64,000 nucleotides of DNA from positions 128,001-192,000 of the forward strand of contig OZ241841.1 of NCBI GenBank assembly GCA_965202665.1. Direction: 5' to 3'. The DNA comes from Candidatus Spongiisociaceae bacterium (lineage in GTDB: Bacteria; Actinomycetota; Acidimicrobiia; Spongiisociales; Spongiisociaceae). Position numbers and translations under genes: made by a program. The notes under the pieces were generated by a model. The model saw nothing but the letters and a program-made list of their open reading frames with translations. It was not told where the DNA came from and did not search any database. Shown here one piece after another: positions 9,304 to 20,204 of this stretch (position 1 is the first letter of the stretch; each line of letters begins with the position of its first letter).

Positions 9304-10362
9304 TTAAATCTCGGAGAAGAAATAGCGGCGGATGACGTCCAGGCGGTGGTCGAATCCGTCGGGGTGCAGATACCAGAGGGTGGCGGCCACGGTGGACAGC
9401 ATCGGGTTGCCGTCCTGGGGGGTGAAGCAGAATCCGACCACCCGCCGCCCGTCGCGCACCGCCAGGGTTTCCACCGGCACCACCGTCTGGCTGAGAATGC
9501 GCCCGTAGTAGCCGTGGTCGCGCCCGAAGGAGAAGATGCGCCCCGCGGAACGTTTGTAGGTGAGCGCCACCCGGGGATTGGCGGCCAGTTTGTCAACGGC
9601 CCGCTCAACGGTTACGTCGTGGTCCAGCCGGATGTCGAAGTGGAGGGTGTGCATGTATTGGCTGTTTATTTTGAGAGCGGAGGAAAACAGGTCCAGGTCG
9701 TGGCCGAGCGTCTGAAAAAGATGATGGGCGTCGCGGGCGTGATGGGTGCCGAAGCGCTCCTCTTTGTGGGTTTCCACGGTGGGGCCGGGCACGAACCCCC
9801 TGTCCTGGCTGATGTCGTTGGCCCGCCTGATGCACAGGAAGGAGCCGTTGACGATGCGGGAGGAGCCGTCCGGGTCGAAACCGAGGGTTTTGAGGAGAAC
9901 GGCGATGTTGTGCGTGTTGCAGGACACGATGTGGATGAAGCGGTCCCGGTCGCGGTCCAGGGCTTGGTCGTTTATGCCCCGGGCGTACATTTTGCCGAAA
10001 CCGAATTCGGAGCCCTGGGCGAGGAAGCCCGCCACCTGGGGGGCGTTCACATAGTGGAGGGCCTTGTTTTCGTTGCCGGAGGGAGTGCAGTCGACGACCA
10101 CCGAGGCCCGCTCCAGGGCTTCCCGGGAGTCGTATTTGGGAGCGTGCCCCAGTTCCTCGAACCCCGCCCACCGGTCGGCGTCCACCGCCAGACGCGCCCC
10201 CCGTTGCACCAGGTCGTTGACCTTCCCCCGCTCGTCCAAAAGCGGCGTGCGCTTGTGAAAGGTAACCTCGTCGATCCCGAACGTCCGGTGGTGATCCGCC
10301 AGCAACCCGATCAGCGGCTCCCCGATGGTCCCGGTCCCGACAATGTGAACAATGTTTCCCAT
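9304..10362 (-). CDS. Archaeal-type (class II) glyceraldehyde-3-phosphate dehydrogenase-like protein
   Basis: GTGTIG Rossmann motif, VVDCTP, AQGSE, IVSCNTH catalytic-Cys motif, IRRAND, THHARD, MHTLH. Confidence 0.7.
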   Translation of the reverse strand: MGNIVHIVGTGTIGEPLIGLLADHHRTFGIDEVTFHKRTPLLDERGKVNDLVQRGARLAVDADRWAGFEELGHAPKYDSREALERASVVVDCTPSGNENKALHYVNAPQVAGFLAQGSEFGFGKMYARGINDQALDRDRDRFIHIVSCNTHNIAVLLKTLGFDPDGSSRIVNGSFLCIRRANDISQDRGFVPGPTVETHKEERFGTHHARDAHHLFQTLGHDLDLFSSALKINSQYMHTLHFDIRLDHDVTVERAVDKLAANPRVALTYKRSAGRIFSFGRDHGYYGRILSQTVVPVETLAVRDGRRVVGFCFTPQDGNPMLSTVAATLWYLHPDGFDHRLDVIRRYFFSEI

Positions 10363-10501
10363 AGCCCTCCTCCGCCCCCATCCTACCCTCCCCCGCCCGA
10401 CTCGCGCGGCACCGTCCGATTAGCGTTACCCCGCTGGGCTTGGTAACCTGTAGCTTGGAGGGCTCACGACGGGCACCGGGAGGCAGAAAGGGAGGCACGC
10501 G

Positions 10502-11719
10502 ATGGATGGCAAAAGGTTCATCCGAACCATCCGCTTGGAGAACATCCTTTCCTACGGTCCGGACAGGACCGAGTTAGAACTGCAACCGTTGAATGTACTG
10601 ATTGGCCCCAACGCCTCCGGCAAATCCAATCTGATCGAGGCTCTGTCGCTACTTGAATCCGCTCCTGGCAATCTGCAAAGGCCCATAGAAATGGGAGGTG
10701 GTATTAGAGAATGGTTATGGAAAGGACAGGACGATTTACCTATTGCTACGATAGAAGTTACCGTAGAACATCCCAACCAACTTTCGGATATTCGATATAA
10801 ACTATCATTTTCAGAGACAAATCTGGGAGGTTTTAAATTGCAAGACGAAACAATAGAAGGAACAAAAAACAAAAATAAAAACGGAGAACCACCCTTTTAT
10901 TATCAATACAATGAAGGCAAATCAGTGCTTTATTCTAAAGATATTTCAAAAAAATCAAAATGGAAGCAAAGGAGTTTGGAAATAGATTTAAGTTTCGAAC
11001 AATCCATTCTATCTCAGTTTCGTGACCCGGTGGTGTTTCCAGAGCTTGATTACTTGAGTGATCAATTTAAAAGTATATGGTTTTACCGTGAATGGGACCT
11101 TGGACACTATAAACCACCCCGTATCCCTCTACCAATTGATTTTCCCGTATCCTATCTATTCGAAGATGCTTCTAATCTTAGTTTAGTTTTAAGTACTCTA
11201 TTAAAAAACCCTGAACTAAAAGAAAAAATTATTAATTATATGAAGATTTTTTATCCAAATAGCACCGATATCGGTTTTGAAGTAAAAAGTGGAGGTGTTC
11301 TCATGCACTTACATGAACGAGGTCTGAGACATCGAGTTCCGGCGACTAGATTATCAGATGGAACTCTACGCTTTCTCTGCTTACTAACTATCTTATTGCA
11401 TCCTGATCCACCATCCATAATCTGTATAGAAGAACCAGAAGGCGGCTTACATCCGGATATTATTCCGGAAGTAGGAAAACTGCTAGTTGATGCATCATCT
11501 CGTAGTCAGATTATTGTTACCACTCATTCCGATATTCTAGTTGATGCCTTATCCGATTTTCCAGAATCGATTATCGTCTGCGAAAAACCCGAAATATCTA
11601 CTCAATTGCAACGATTAGATCGAGAAGAAATCGAAAAGTGGCTCAGCGCATACCGTGGAAAAGAAAACCAACTTGGAACAATGTGGACAAATGGAGAAAT
11701 AGGGGGAAACCGATGGTAA
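10502..11719 (+). CDS. ABC-type / AAA_21 family ATPase (defence-associated)
   Basis: Walker A IGPNASGKSN, signature LSDGT, Walker B CIEEPEGGLHP, H-loop VTTHS. Low GC. Confidence 0.88.
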   Translation: MDGKRFIRTIRLENILSYGPDRTELELQPLNVLIGPNASGKSNLIEALSLLESAPGNLQRPIEMGGGIREWLWKGQDDLPIATIEVTVEHPNQLSDIRYKLSFSETNLGGFKLQDETIEGTKNKNKNGEPPFYYQYNEGKSVLYSKDISKKSKWKQRSLEIDLSFEQSILSQFRDPVVFPELDYLSDQFKSIWFYREWDLGHYKPPRIPLPIDFPVSYLFEDASNLSLVLSTLLKNPELKEKIINYMKIFYPNSTDIGFEVKSGGVLMHLHERGLRHRVPATRLSDGTLRFLCLLTILLHPDPPSIICIEEPEGGLHPDIIPEVGKLLVDASSRSQIIVTTHSDILVDALSDFPESIIVCEKPEISTQLQRLDREEIEKWLSAYRGKENQLGTMWTNGEIGGNRW

Positions 11720-12312
11720 ATCGAATTATATGTATCGAGGGTGGAGGCCAGGGTAAGGGAGCGAGCATCGCTCACCGTAAAGGCTTTGTATCTTTTGTAA
11801 AGAGGGCTGGTTTGCAAGGAAAAATGCCCAAAATTGTACTCTGTGGTAGTCGCTACAAAGCGTACAGTAAGTTCAAAAAGGAGAGTGAGTATAGTCAAGA
11901 TGTTATACTCCTCGTTGATGCTGAGGCAACAGTTGCTACTAACCAACCGTGGGAACACCTTAAGAAAGAAGATGGGTGGGAACGCCCTGATGGTACTACC
12001 GACGAGCAATGTCATCTTATGGTTCAAATTATGGAATCCTGGTTTCTGGCGGACAAGCAAGCACTAGCAAAATATTACGGACGCCAGTTTAATAGGAGTG
12101 CACTTCCAAAAAATCAAAATATTGAAGAAATTTCTAAAGTAGATGTAGAAGAAGGATTAAAGCAAGCAACTAAAAAAACTCAAAAAGGTGAATACAGTAA
12201 GGGATCACACAGTTTTAAGATTTTAGCACTATTAGATCCTGAAAAAGTACGAAAGGCCTCCCCATATGCAGACCGCTTTATCAAAACATTGTTAGGGCAA
12301 AGCAATGCCTGA
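11713..12312 (+). CDS. DUF4276-like protein (putative TOPRIM-like effector)
   Basis: [42 protein letters not shown] 11713 overlaps the ATPase stop. Confidence 0.78.
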   Translation: MVNRIICIEGGGQGKGASIAHRKGFVSFVKRAGLQGKMPKIVLCGSRYKAYSKFKKESEYSQDVILLVDAEATVATNQPWEHLKKEDGWERPDGTTDEQCHLMVQIMESWFLADKQALAKYYGRQFNRSALPKNQNIEEISKVDVEEGLKQATKKTQKGEYSKGSHSFKILALLDPEKVRKASPYADRFIKTLLGQSNA

Positions 12313-13884
12313 TAGCGGAGCTACTATCGGGTATGAGGCTGAGCTTTGGGATATGGCGAACAGTCTGCGAGGGAGTATAGATGCCGCTGAGTATAAGCAT
12401 GTGGTGCTGGGATTGATTTTTCTCAAGTATGTGTCGGACGCATTTGAGGAACTACGCAAACAGTTGCTAAAGGAGCCCGAGGCGGACCCAGAAGATCCGG
12501 AAGAATACATCGCTCAGCGGGTGTTCTGGGTGTCGCCTGCGGCACGATGGGAACTTTTACAGGGCGAGGCCAAACAATCTGACATCGGCCAGCTGGTGGA
12601 TAGAGCGATGGATGCCATCGAACGGTACAACCCCGCTCTCAAAGGCGTACTACCCAAGGAATATGCTCGGCAATCCCTAGAACCAAAAAGTCTTGGCCAG
12701 CTGATTGACATGATTAGCAACATCAAAGTGGGAGATAAAGAATCCCGTTCCAAAGACGTACTAGGCCGCATTTACGAGTACTTTCTGTCACAATTTGCCG
12801 GGGCTGAAGGCAAAAAAGGTGGCGAGTTCTACACCCCGCGTTGTGTGGTGAAACTGCTAGTGGAAATGATCGAACCCTACCAAGGCCAAGTGTATGATCC
12901 CTGTTGCGGCTCCTCAGGTATGTTCGTGCAATCAAAAGAATTTATTGAAGCACATGCTACTGGCAACGGGAACGGTGGTTTCCAAACTCAGCACCTGACA
13001 CTCCAATCTATGGGCAAGAATCCAACTATACCACCTGGAGAATGGCCAAAATGAATCTGGCGATTAGAGGCATCGACTCTTCTCAAATCTTTCATGGAAA
13101 TACTTTTCACGACGATAAACACCCAGACCTAAAAGCCGATTATATACTTGCCAACCCTCCATTCAATATCTCTGAGTGGGGTGGTAAAAGTTTAAAGGAT
13201 GATCCACGCTGGAAATTCGCCCCCCCCCCCCCTAAAAATGCGAATTTTGCTTGGGTCCAACACATTATACACCATCTCAGCCCAAACGGCGTAGCCGGAT
13301 TTGTTCTCGCTAATGGATCAATGACATCTCGACAAAATAACGAGGGGGAAATCCGAAAAAAGATAATAGAAGAAAGATTAGTTGATTGTATGGTTGCTCT
13401 CCCAGGGCAACTTTTTTATTCCACTCAAATTCCGGCTTGCCTTTGGTTTATTGCACGCAACAGGGCAAATGGAAAATTCAGAAATAGAATAAACGAGATA
13501 TTATTTATCAGTGCTAGCAAAATGGGACAAATGGTTAGCCGAACTCATCGAGAACTAACAAACGAAGAAATAAAACAAATAGCAAAGACATATCATGCTT
13601 GGCGTGGAGAAAATTATATAGATGAATATAATGATATACCAGGATTTTGCAAGAGTGCTACCATAGAAGAGGTACGTCAATACGATTATATGCTAACCCC
13701 TGGCAGGTATGTTGGAGTAGAGTTACAAAGAGAAGATGATGAAATCTTTGAAGACAAAATGTCGCGATTATCAACACAGTGGTTTCAATCTAGTAGAGAG
13801 GCGAAGGAGATAGACCAACTTATATCATCCAATCTGGGAAAACTAGGTTTTACTTCTAGACAGGAAAATGAGGATCCGCTATGA
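12305..13884 (+). pseudogene. hsdM: Type I R-M methyltransferase HsdM, split by a -1 frameshift (12305-13054 and 13042-13884)
   Basis: First frame has [15 protein letters not shown] and [10 protein letters not shown]. The conserved [16 protein letters not shown] and ANPPFN motifs are in the -1 frame. Shift lies between about 12949 and 13006. Confidence 0.85.
13220..13232 (+). repeat. C13 homopolymer inside hsdM
   Basis: ttcgCCCCCCCCCCCCCtaaa in AT-rich coding DNA; encodes APPPP. Confidence 0.9.
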
Positions 13885-15206
13885 TAAACGAAAATTGGAT
13901 AAAGACCACTTTAGGCGAATGCGCGATTATAAACGAACGCACATATCGTCCAAGCGAGCAATGGCCGTTTGTCAACTACCTTGAGACTGGTCAAATAACC
14001 GATAATAGAATTTCTGGTATCCACCATTTTGATGCCAGCAAAGACAAAATACCATCCCGTGCTCGCCGAAAAGTACGGCCGGGCGATATCGTTTATTCCA
14101 CGGTCATAGCAAATAAAAATAATTTCGGCATCATCAAAAAGGTATTTGACAACTTCTTAGTTTCCACTGCTTTTGCCGTAATACGCGGAAAGCCATACAT
14201 AGCAGACACACCATATATTTACTATTATATTACTCAAAAAAATATAAGAAATTACTTTCATACGTTAGCCCAGCAAAGCTCGTCAGTAATACCTGCATTA
14301 CAAATTAGAGACCTTGAGGAACTGCAAATACCACTGCCCCCAATCGAACAACAACAATCTATCATTCATATTCTGGAAACTTTTGACAACAAAATACACT
14401 TGAATCAGCAAATGAACAGAACTTTGGAGGAGATATCTAGGGCATTGTTTAAATCGTGGTTTGTTGATTTTGATCCAGTTCGGGCTAAAATGGACGGTAG
14501 CTGGCAACCCGACCAATCACTCCCCGGTTTACCCGCAGAACTCTACGATCTCTTCCCCGATCGCCTTTTACCCTCTAAACTGGGTGAGCAACCAGAGGGA
14601 TGGGATATAGTAACAATAGGAGATATATCAACCATTGTCGGCGGTGCTACACCCAGTACTAGCCAACACATTTTTTGGGAAGACGGCCACCATCCCTGGG
14701 TCACCCCCAAAGATGTCTCTGCGCTTTCTACTCCAGTTCTCCTGACAACCTCTCGTAAAATAACTGATGCTGGATTAGAATGTATAAGTTCAGGACTTTT
14801 ACCTCAAGGTACAGTACTAATGTCTTCGAGAGCTCCAATAGGATATTTAGCTATAACTGAAATACCTTTAGCTATCAATCAAGGATTCATTGCCATATTA
14901 CCTAACAAAAATATATCAAACTTATTTTTTCTTTACTGGTGTGAATATAATATATCGCATATAATTAATTATGCCAACGGTTCTACGTTTCTTGAAATAA
15001 ATAAGAGAAATTTTAGGAACATTAATCTATCATTACCTATACGACCTATCTTAAAAATTTACGATGAAATAGTAAGAAATTTATATGAACAAATGAAGTC
15101 AAATGAAATAGAAAATATACTCCTCGTAAACATGCGCGATGCTCTTTTGCCGAAATTGTTGTCGGGGGAAATTCGGGTTGAGGATTTGGAAGGGGTTTTG
15201 GGATGA
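13881..15206 (+). CDS. hsdS: Type I R-M specificity subunit HsdS
   Basis: Two TRDs with conserved spacers [22 protein letters not shown] and [12 protein letters not shown]. Confidence 0.93.
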   Translation: MINENWIKTTLGECAIINERTYRPSEQWPFVNYLETGQITDNRISGIHHFDASKDKIPSRARRKVRPGDIVYSTVIANKNNFGIIKKVFDNFLVSTAFAVIRGKPYIADTPYIYYYITQKNIRNYFHTLAQQSSSVIPALQIRDLEELQIPLPPIEQQQSIIHILETFDNKIHLNQQMNRTLEEISRALFKSWFVDFDPVRAKMDGSWQPDQSLPGLPAELYDLFPDRLLPSKLGEQPEGWDIVTIGDISTIVGGATPSTSQHIFWEDGHHPWVTPKDVSALSTPVLLTTSRKITDAGLECISSGLLPQGTVLMSSRAPIGYLAITEIPLAINQGFIAILPNKNISNLFFLYWCEYNISHIINYANGSTFLEINKRNFRNINLSLPIRPILKIYDEIVRNLYEQMKSNEIENILLVNMRDALLPKLLSGEIRVEDLEGVLG

Positions 15207-18200
15207 CGTCTTTAGGTATTGACGAATCGGTGGTTCAGCAACAGGCTTTGGAACTGCTGGAGGGTCTGGGATGGGATATCGGGGGGGCTTTGCCTGGGCC
15301 GGACAGCCTCTATTCGGAGCGGAGCGGGTACGATCAGGTGGTGTTGGAAGGCCGGTTGCGACAGGCTATCGCCCGACTCAACCCGGACTTGCCGGCGGCG
15401 GCGCGAGAGGATGCCCTGCGCCGTGTAACCCGGCCGGAAGGGTCGTCTTTGGAACACCGTAACCGTCATTTTCATCAGATGTTGGTCAACGGCGTTACGG
15501 TGGAATACCGCTCCTCCGACGATGGCATTCGGGGGGCGCAGGCCCGAATCATCGACTTCGGCCGTCCGGAAAACAACGACTGGCTGGCGTTCTCCGAATT
15601 CATCGTCCGGGAAGGAAACCATCAGCGGCGGGCTGACATCGTCCTGTTCGTCAACGGCCTGCCGCTGGGCGTCGTCGAATTCAAAAATCCGTTGGACGAG
15701 GACGCCACCATCTGGACCGCTTGGAGCCAACTCCAAACCTACAAAAACGAACTTCCCGCCCTGTTCTCCATGAACGAGCTGTTGATCCTGTCCGACGGGC
15801 TGGAGGCGCGGGTGGGGACGCTCACCTCCGGGCGGGAATGGTTCAAACCGTGGCGCATCTTCCCCGACCCTGAATCCGATGACCGCTCCGGCCCATCGCA
15901 CGGGTTGCAACTGGAAACGATGTTCGACGGCGTCCTCCACCACGACCGGTTCCTGTCCCTGATACGCGATTTCATCGTCTTCGAAGGCCGGGAAGGCGAA
16001 CGCCCGGTCAAGAAAATGGCCGGATACCACCAGTTCCACGCGGTGCGGACGGCGGTGGAGGAAACCCGGCGGGCCGCCCTGATGCGGGACGCTCCCCCGC
16101 CCGAACCGGATCGGAAGCCGGGCGGCGAACCGGGCGACCGGCGCATCGGAGTGGTGTGGCACACCCAGGGAGCGGGCAAAAGCCTGACCATGCTCTTCTA
16201 CGCCGGGCGGATCATCCGCGAACCGGACATGGGCAACCCGACCATCGTCGTCCTGAGCGACCGCAACGACTTGGACGACCAGCTGTTCGGCGTCTTCGCC
16301 CGATGCCAAGAATTGCTCCGCCAGCCGCCCGCCCAAGCCGAAAGCCGAGCCGACCTGCGCCGCAAACTGGAGGTGGAAGCGGGCGGGGTGGTGTTCACCA
16401 CCATCCAGAAATTTTTCCCCGATGAGAAAGGCGACCGGCATCCGATCCTGTCGGAGCGGCGCAACATCGTGGTCATCGCCGACGAAGCCCACCGCAGCCA
16501 ATACGATTTCATCGACGGCTACGCCCGCCATATGCGCGACGCCCTCCCGCATGCTTCCTTCGTCGGCTTCACCGGAACGCCCGTCGAGAAACAGGACGCC
16601 AACACCCGGGCCGTGTTCGGCGACTACATCAGCATCTACGACATCAAACGTTCCGTGGACGACCGGGCCACCGTCCCAATTTTCTACGAAAGCCGCCTGG
16701 CCTGTCTGTCCCTGGATGAAGAACATAGGCCGGTCATCGACGAAACCTTTGAGGAGGTGACCGAAGGGGAGGAAACGGAACGGAAGGACAAACTGAAACA
16801 CAAGTGGGCGCAACTGGAGGCGGTGGTCGGGGCTGAAGAGCGGTTGCGGGCGGTGGCCGAAGACATCGTCGTCCATTTTGAGAACCGGCTGGAAGCCTTG
16901 GACGGCAAAGCGATGGTGGTGTGCATGAGCAGGCGCATCTGCGTCGACCTGTTCCGGGAAATCACGCGCCTCCGGCCCGACTGGGGCGATCCCGCCGACG
17001 ACCGGGGGCGGATAAAAATCGTGATGACCGGGGCCGCTTCCGACCCGGCCGACTGGCAACGGCACATCCGCAACAAAACCCGCCGGGAGGCTTTGGCCAA
17101 CCGTTTCCGAGACCCGGACGACCCGTTGCGGATGGTTCTGGTGCGGGATATGTGGCTGACCGGGTTCGACGCCCCCAGCTTGCACACCATGTATTTGGAC
17201 AAGCCGATGCGGGGGCACGGGCTGATGCAGGCCATCGCCCGGGTCAACCGGGTTTTTAAAGACAAACCGGGCGGGCTGGTCGTGGACTATCTGGGCATAG
17301 CGCATGAACTGAAAGAGGCGTTGGCCGTCTACTCCGACAGCGGCGGGCGGGGCGATGTGGCGCCGGACCAGAAACAGGCCCGGGATCTCCTGCAAGAAAA
17401 ATACGAGGTGTGCCTTGGGCTGTTCCACGGGTTCGACTGGTCGGGTTGGACTGAGGGGGGCAACATGGAGCGGTTGCGGATATTGCCGGCCGCTTTTGAG
17501 CACATCTTGGCGCAACCGGACGGCAAAGACCGGTTCGTGCGAGCGGTGCGGGAAACATCGCAGGCTTTCGCCCTGGCCGTGCCCCATCCTTACACGGCGG
17601 AAATACGGGACGACGTAGCGTTTTTCCAGGCGGTGCGGGCCAGCCTGATGAAACGCACCGCGAGCGAAGGCAAGCCGGAGGAAACCTTGGATCAGGCGGT
17701 GCGGCAAATACTGTCCCTGGCGGTGGTGTCGGAAGGCGTGATGGACGTGTTCGCCGCCGCTGGCTTGGACAAACCCGACATTTCGGTCCTCTCCGATGAG
17801 TTCCTAGCCGAAGTGCGGGACATGCCCCGCCGCCACCTGGCCGTGGAAGCGTTGCAACGTCTGCTGAGGGGGGAGGTGCGAAACCGGCGGGGCCGGAACG
17901 TGGTGCAAGGGGAAATGTTCTCGCAAATGTTGGAGGACGCCATCCGCCGCTACCAGAACCGTTCCATAGAAGCGGCGCAGGTGATCGAGGAACTGATCGA
18001 ACTAGCCCGGGAAATGCGGGCCGCCAACGAACGGGGCGAGCAACTGGGGCTGAGCGAAGAAGAGACGGCCTTCTACGACGCGTTGGAAACCAACGACAGC
18101 GCGGTGCAGGTGATGGGGGACGCGGTGCTGTGCCAAATAGCACGGGAACTGGTGGAAACGGTGCGCGCCAACGCCAAAATCGACTGGACCCGCCGGGAGG

Positions 18201-18334
18201 ATGTCCGCGCCCAACTGCGGGTGGCCGTCAAACGACTGCTCCGCAGACATGGCTACCCGCCTGACAAGCAGGAGAAGGCCACCAACACCGTAATCAAGCA
18301 AGCGGAAGCCCTAACCACCACCTGGCTCACCTAA
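15203..18334 (+). CDS. hsdR: Type I R-M restriction subunit HsdR
   Basis: Nuclease motif [52 protein letters not shown]. Intact 1043 aa. Confidence 0.96.
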   Translation: MTSLGIDESVVQQQALELLEGLGWDIGGALPGPDSLYSERSGYDQVVLEGRLRQAIARLNPDLPAAAREDALRRVTRPEGSSLEHRNRHFHQMLVNGVTVEYRSSDDGIRGAQARIIDFGRPENNDWLAFSEFIVREGNHQRRADIVLFVNGLPLGVVEFKNPLDEDATIWTAWSQLQTYKNELPALFSMNELLILSDGLEARVGTLTSGREWFKPWRIFPDPESDDRSGPSHGLQLETMFDGVLHHDRFLSLIRDFIVFEGREGERPVKKMAGYHQFHAVRTAVEETRRAALMRDAPPPEPDRKPGGEPGDRRIGVVWHTQGAGKSLTMLFYAGRIIREPDMGNPTIVVLSDRNDLDDQLFGVFARCQELLRQPPAQAESRADLRRKLEVEAGGVVFTTIQKFFPDEKGDRHPILSERRNIVVIADEAHRSQYDFIDGYARHMRDALPHASFVGFTGTPVEKQDANTRAVFGDYISIYDIKRSVDDRATVPIFYESRLACLSLDEEHRPVIDETFEEVTEGEETERKDKLKHKWAQLEAVVGAEERLRAVAEDIVVHFENRLEALDGKAMVVCMSRRICVDLFREITRLRPDWGDPADDRGRIKIVMTGAASDPADWQRHIRNKTRREALANRFRDPDDPLRMVLVRDMWLTGFDAPSLHTMYLDKPMRGHGLMQAIARVNRVFKDKPGGLVVDYLGIAHELKEALAVYSDSGGRGDVAPDQKQARDLLQEKYEVCLGLFHGFDWSGWTEGGNMERLRILPAAFEHILAQPDGKDRFVRAVRETSQAFALAVPHPYTAEIRDDVAFFQAVRASLMKRTASEGKPEETLDQAVRQILSLAVVSEGVMDVFAAAGLDKPDISVLSDEFLAEVRDMPRRHLAVEALQRLLRGEVRNRRGRNVVQGEMFSQMLEDAIRRYQNRSIEAAQVIEELIELAREMRAANERGEQLGLSEEETAFYDALETNDSAVQVMGDAVLCQIARELVETVRANAKIDWTRREDVRAQLRVAVKRLLRRHGYPPDKQEKATNTVIKQAEALTTTWLT

Positions 18335-18391
18335 CCCCGCCCGTATGCTACACTATGCCTTCTAGGCTATACGCTTACCTAGAAAGGAAGA

Positions 18392-19012
18392 GTGCCAATG
18401 TTGCCTCCCAACCCGAATGAGATCTTTGGAACCAAAGATGTTATTCAGGAACTGAAAACGAAACTCATCAACGAGTTACGCAAGGTTCGCAATCCTGTCA
18501 GCTTCAACAGTGTTGATTCCTACGTAAAGGAGTTTTCAGTAGAGATTCCCGTCTTAAGGAAACATCAAACAAAGATTGGGGTTGATAAAGCATTCCCTGC
18601 TGGGGCTGAATATTTTAGTAGAAATTGTAGTCCATATACTATGATACCCGGAAAAGAGTTCATTCTCGTTATACCTTTTATAGGAGATGCTAGAGTGTTT
18701 TATCATATGCCTTCCTCCTGGCTTGTCTCTGGTCGACAAGAAGGAGATATAGAAAATAATAGATTGGTTATAAAGTTCGGGGTATTGACTTATGGGCTGG
18801 CAAATCCTAAAAAAGATATTCCAAATAATGTCAATAAACGGAGGCAAGATATTATAGATCGTATTGAAAGGTGGTACGAGTTAGTTAAAAAAGATTTTAT
18901 TAACTGGAACAACAACTTGAATAGTTTTGTTGAATCTCAGATTGTTGCGAGAAAGAAAGAAATTGAAATAGAGGCCGAAATAAATATAGCTATCAATAAT
19001 AGTTTAGATTGA
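18392..19012 (+). CDS. Hypothetical low-GC protein (206 aa)
   Basis: Clean ORF in AT-rich DNA with AAGGAAG RBS. VIPFIGD..F...PS motif followed by a coiled coil. Confidence 0.7.
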   Translation: MPMLPPNPNEIFGTKDVIQELKTKLINELRKVRNPVSFNSVDSYVKEFSVEIPVLRKHQTKIGVDKAFPAGAEYFSRNCSPYTMIPGKEFILVIPFIGDARVFYHMPSSWLVSGRQEGDIENNRLVIKFGVLTYGLANPKKDIPNNVNKRRQDIIDRIERWYELVKKDFINWNNNLNSFVESQIVARKKEIEIEAEINIAINNSLD

Positions 19013-19132
19013 GCATTGCCCCTAAATTGTTTTGTCGAGGCTCTCCCTGTTCGGCCCGGGGATAGCGTCAAGGTGACGGCGGAGATGCCAGCCGGGTGCT
19101 ACCGGGAAACTGATAGGCTGAAAAAAGGGAGG

Positions 19133-19354
19133 CTACCGAATAGCGGAGGTCAGGTTAATCTCCTCCTCGGTTACTTCGTGTAGAGAAACCGCGCTGGCGG
19201 GGTCCTCTATCCGAACTTCGAGCCTGTAACCCAGCGTCTGCGCCAACAGGTCTATCTTCACATCCGTTACTGTTGAGACTTCGTGCCCCGGGTGGTCTAT
19301 AAACCATTCCTTAGCAGCCCAGACGCGTTCGACCACCAATGTTTCTTCGGTCAT
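19133..19354 (-). CDS. Small hypothetical protein (73 aa)
   Basis: ATGA overlap with the upstream ORF and GGAGG RBS. Confidence 0.5.
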   Translation of the reverse strand: MTEETLVVERVWAAKEWFIDHPGHEVSTVTDVKIDLLAQTLGYRLEVRIEDPASAVSLHEVTEEEINLTSAIR

Positions 19355-19929
19355 TTGTCTGTCCCTCCTTCGTTGTTCTTATTCGCCTGTTGAATTTTGA
19401 GTTTGACAAGAGTCTTGATGTCCCTGATTAGATAATTGAGGGCGGGTTTGTTTCCCTCCACAAAAGGGTCTAACCCGGTCTTCTGATGGTAGGAAGTGCC
19501 TACTAGGCTCGTCGCCGACAAAATAAACGATGCCTCCTTTTTGAGCCATAGTCTCCGCCAGGAGATGTGGCAAGTGATTGGGGGAAGAAACCCGCGTTCG
19601 GTGTCGGCTGCCATGAATGCTGTGGTGATGTGGTAGGTGCGCTTTGTCTGGGAGGTGAAGATGGCAGGATGAGACTCTACATTCTCCTCCACGTATAATA
19701 CGTGAGCATCCCATCTTTCCCATTCCTCCGGGTTTGTTTTGGAGAATGAAACCCGAACATCTTTGCAGGGACGAAAACCCTCTTGGTGCACCCGGCAAAC
19801 CATCGCCGTCCCCTCAATCTCTAAAAAGGCAACCATGCGAGGGAGGCCTTTGCCGGACAGCCAGGCTACTCCAAGCGCGCCTCCCGCGCCGACCACGGCG
19901 GGAAGCAACAACTCTAATATCACCGCCAT
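19351..19929 (-). CDS. Hypothetical protein with N-terminal transmembrane helix
   Basis: Hydrophobic N-terminus MAVILELLLPAVVGAGGALGVAWL; AGAGG RBS. Confidence 0.6.
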   Translation of the reverse strand: MAVILELLLPAVVGAGGALGVAWLSGKGLPRMVAFLEIEGTAMVCRVHQEGFRPCKDVRVSFSKTNPEEWERWDAHVLYVEENVESHPAIFTSQTKRTYHITTAFMAADTERGFLPPITCHISWRRLWLKKEASFILSATSLVGTSYHQKTGLDPFVEGNKPALNYLIRDIKTLVKLKIQQANKNNEGGTDK

Positions 19930-20204
19930 ATTAGCCTCCTTGTTTCGGGGACATTAGATTGCCGTTCGACTCCGGTCAGCATAGCGGTATTCCCTTTTGC
20001 CCGGTGTTTGGCGGGCTGGCCGACCGCATACGGGGTGCGGGGGAGCAGGGTGTTCCCCAACAGGCAGGAATGAAGCCCTGTGCTATCAGGGTCCGTTTCA
20101 TCGTTGCTTCCCCTCCTCGGCTCCCCCGCGGAGGAACATTGCGTGGGACACATCCTTTCATTTCCTCGCCACCGCCGCGGCGGACGCCAGGTCGGCGGCC
20201 AACC

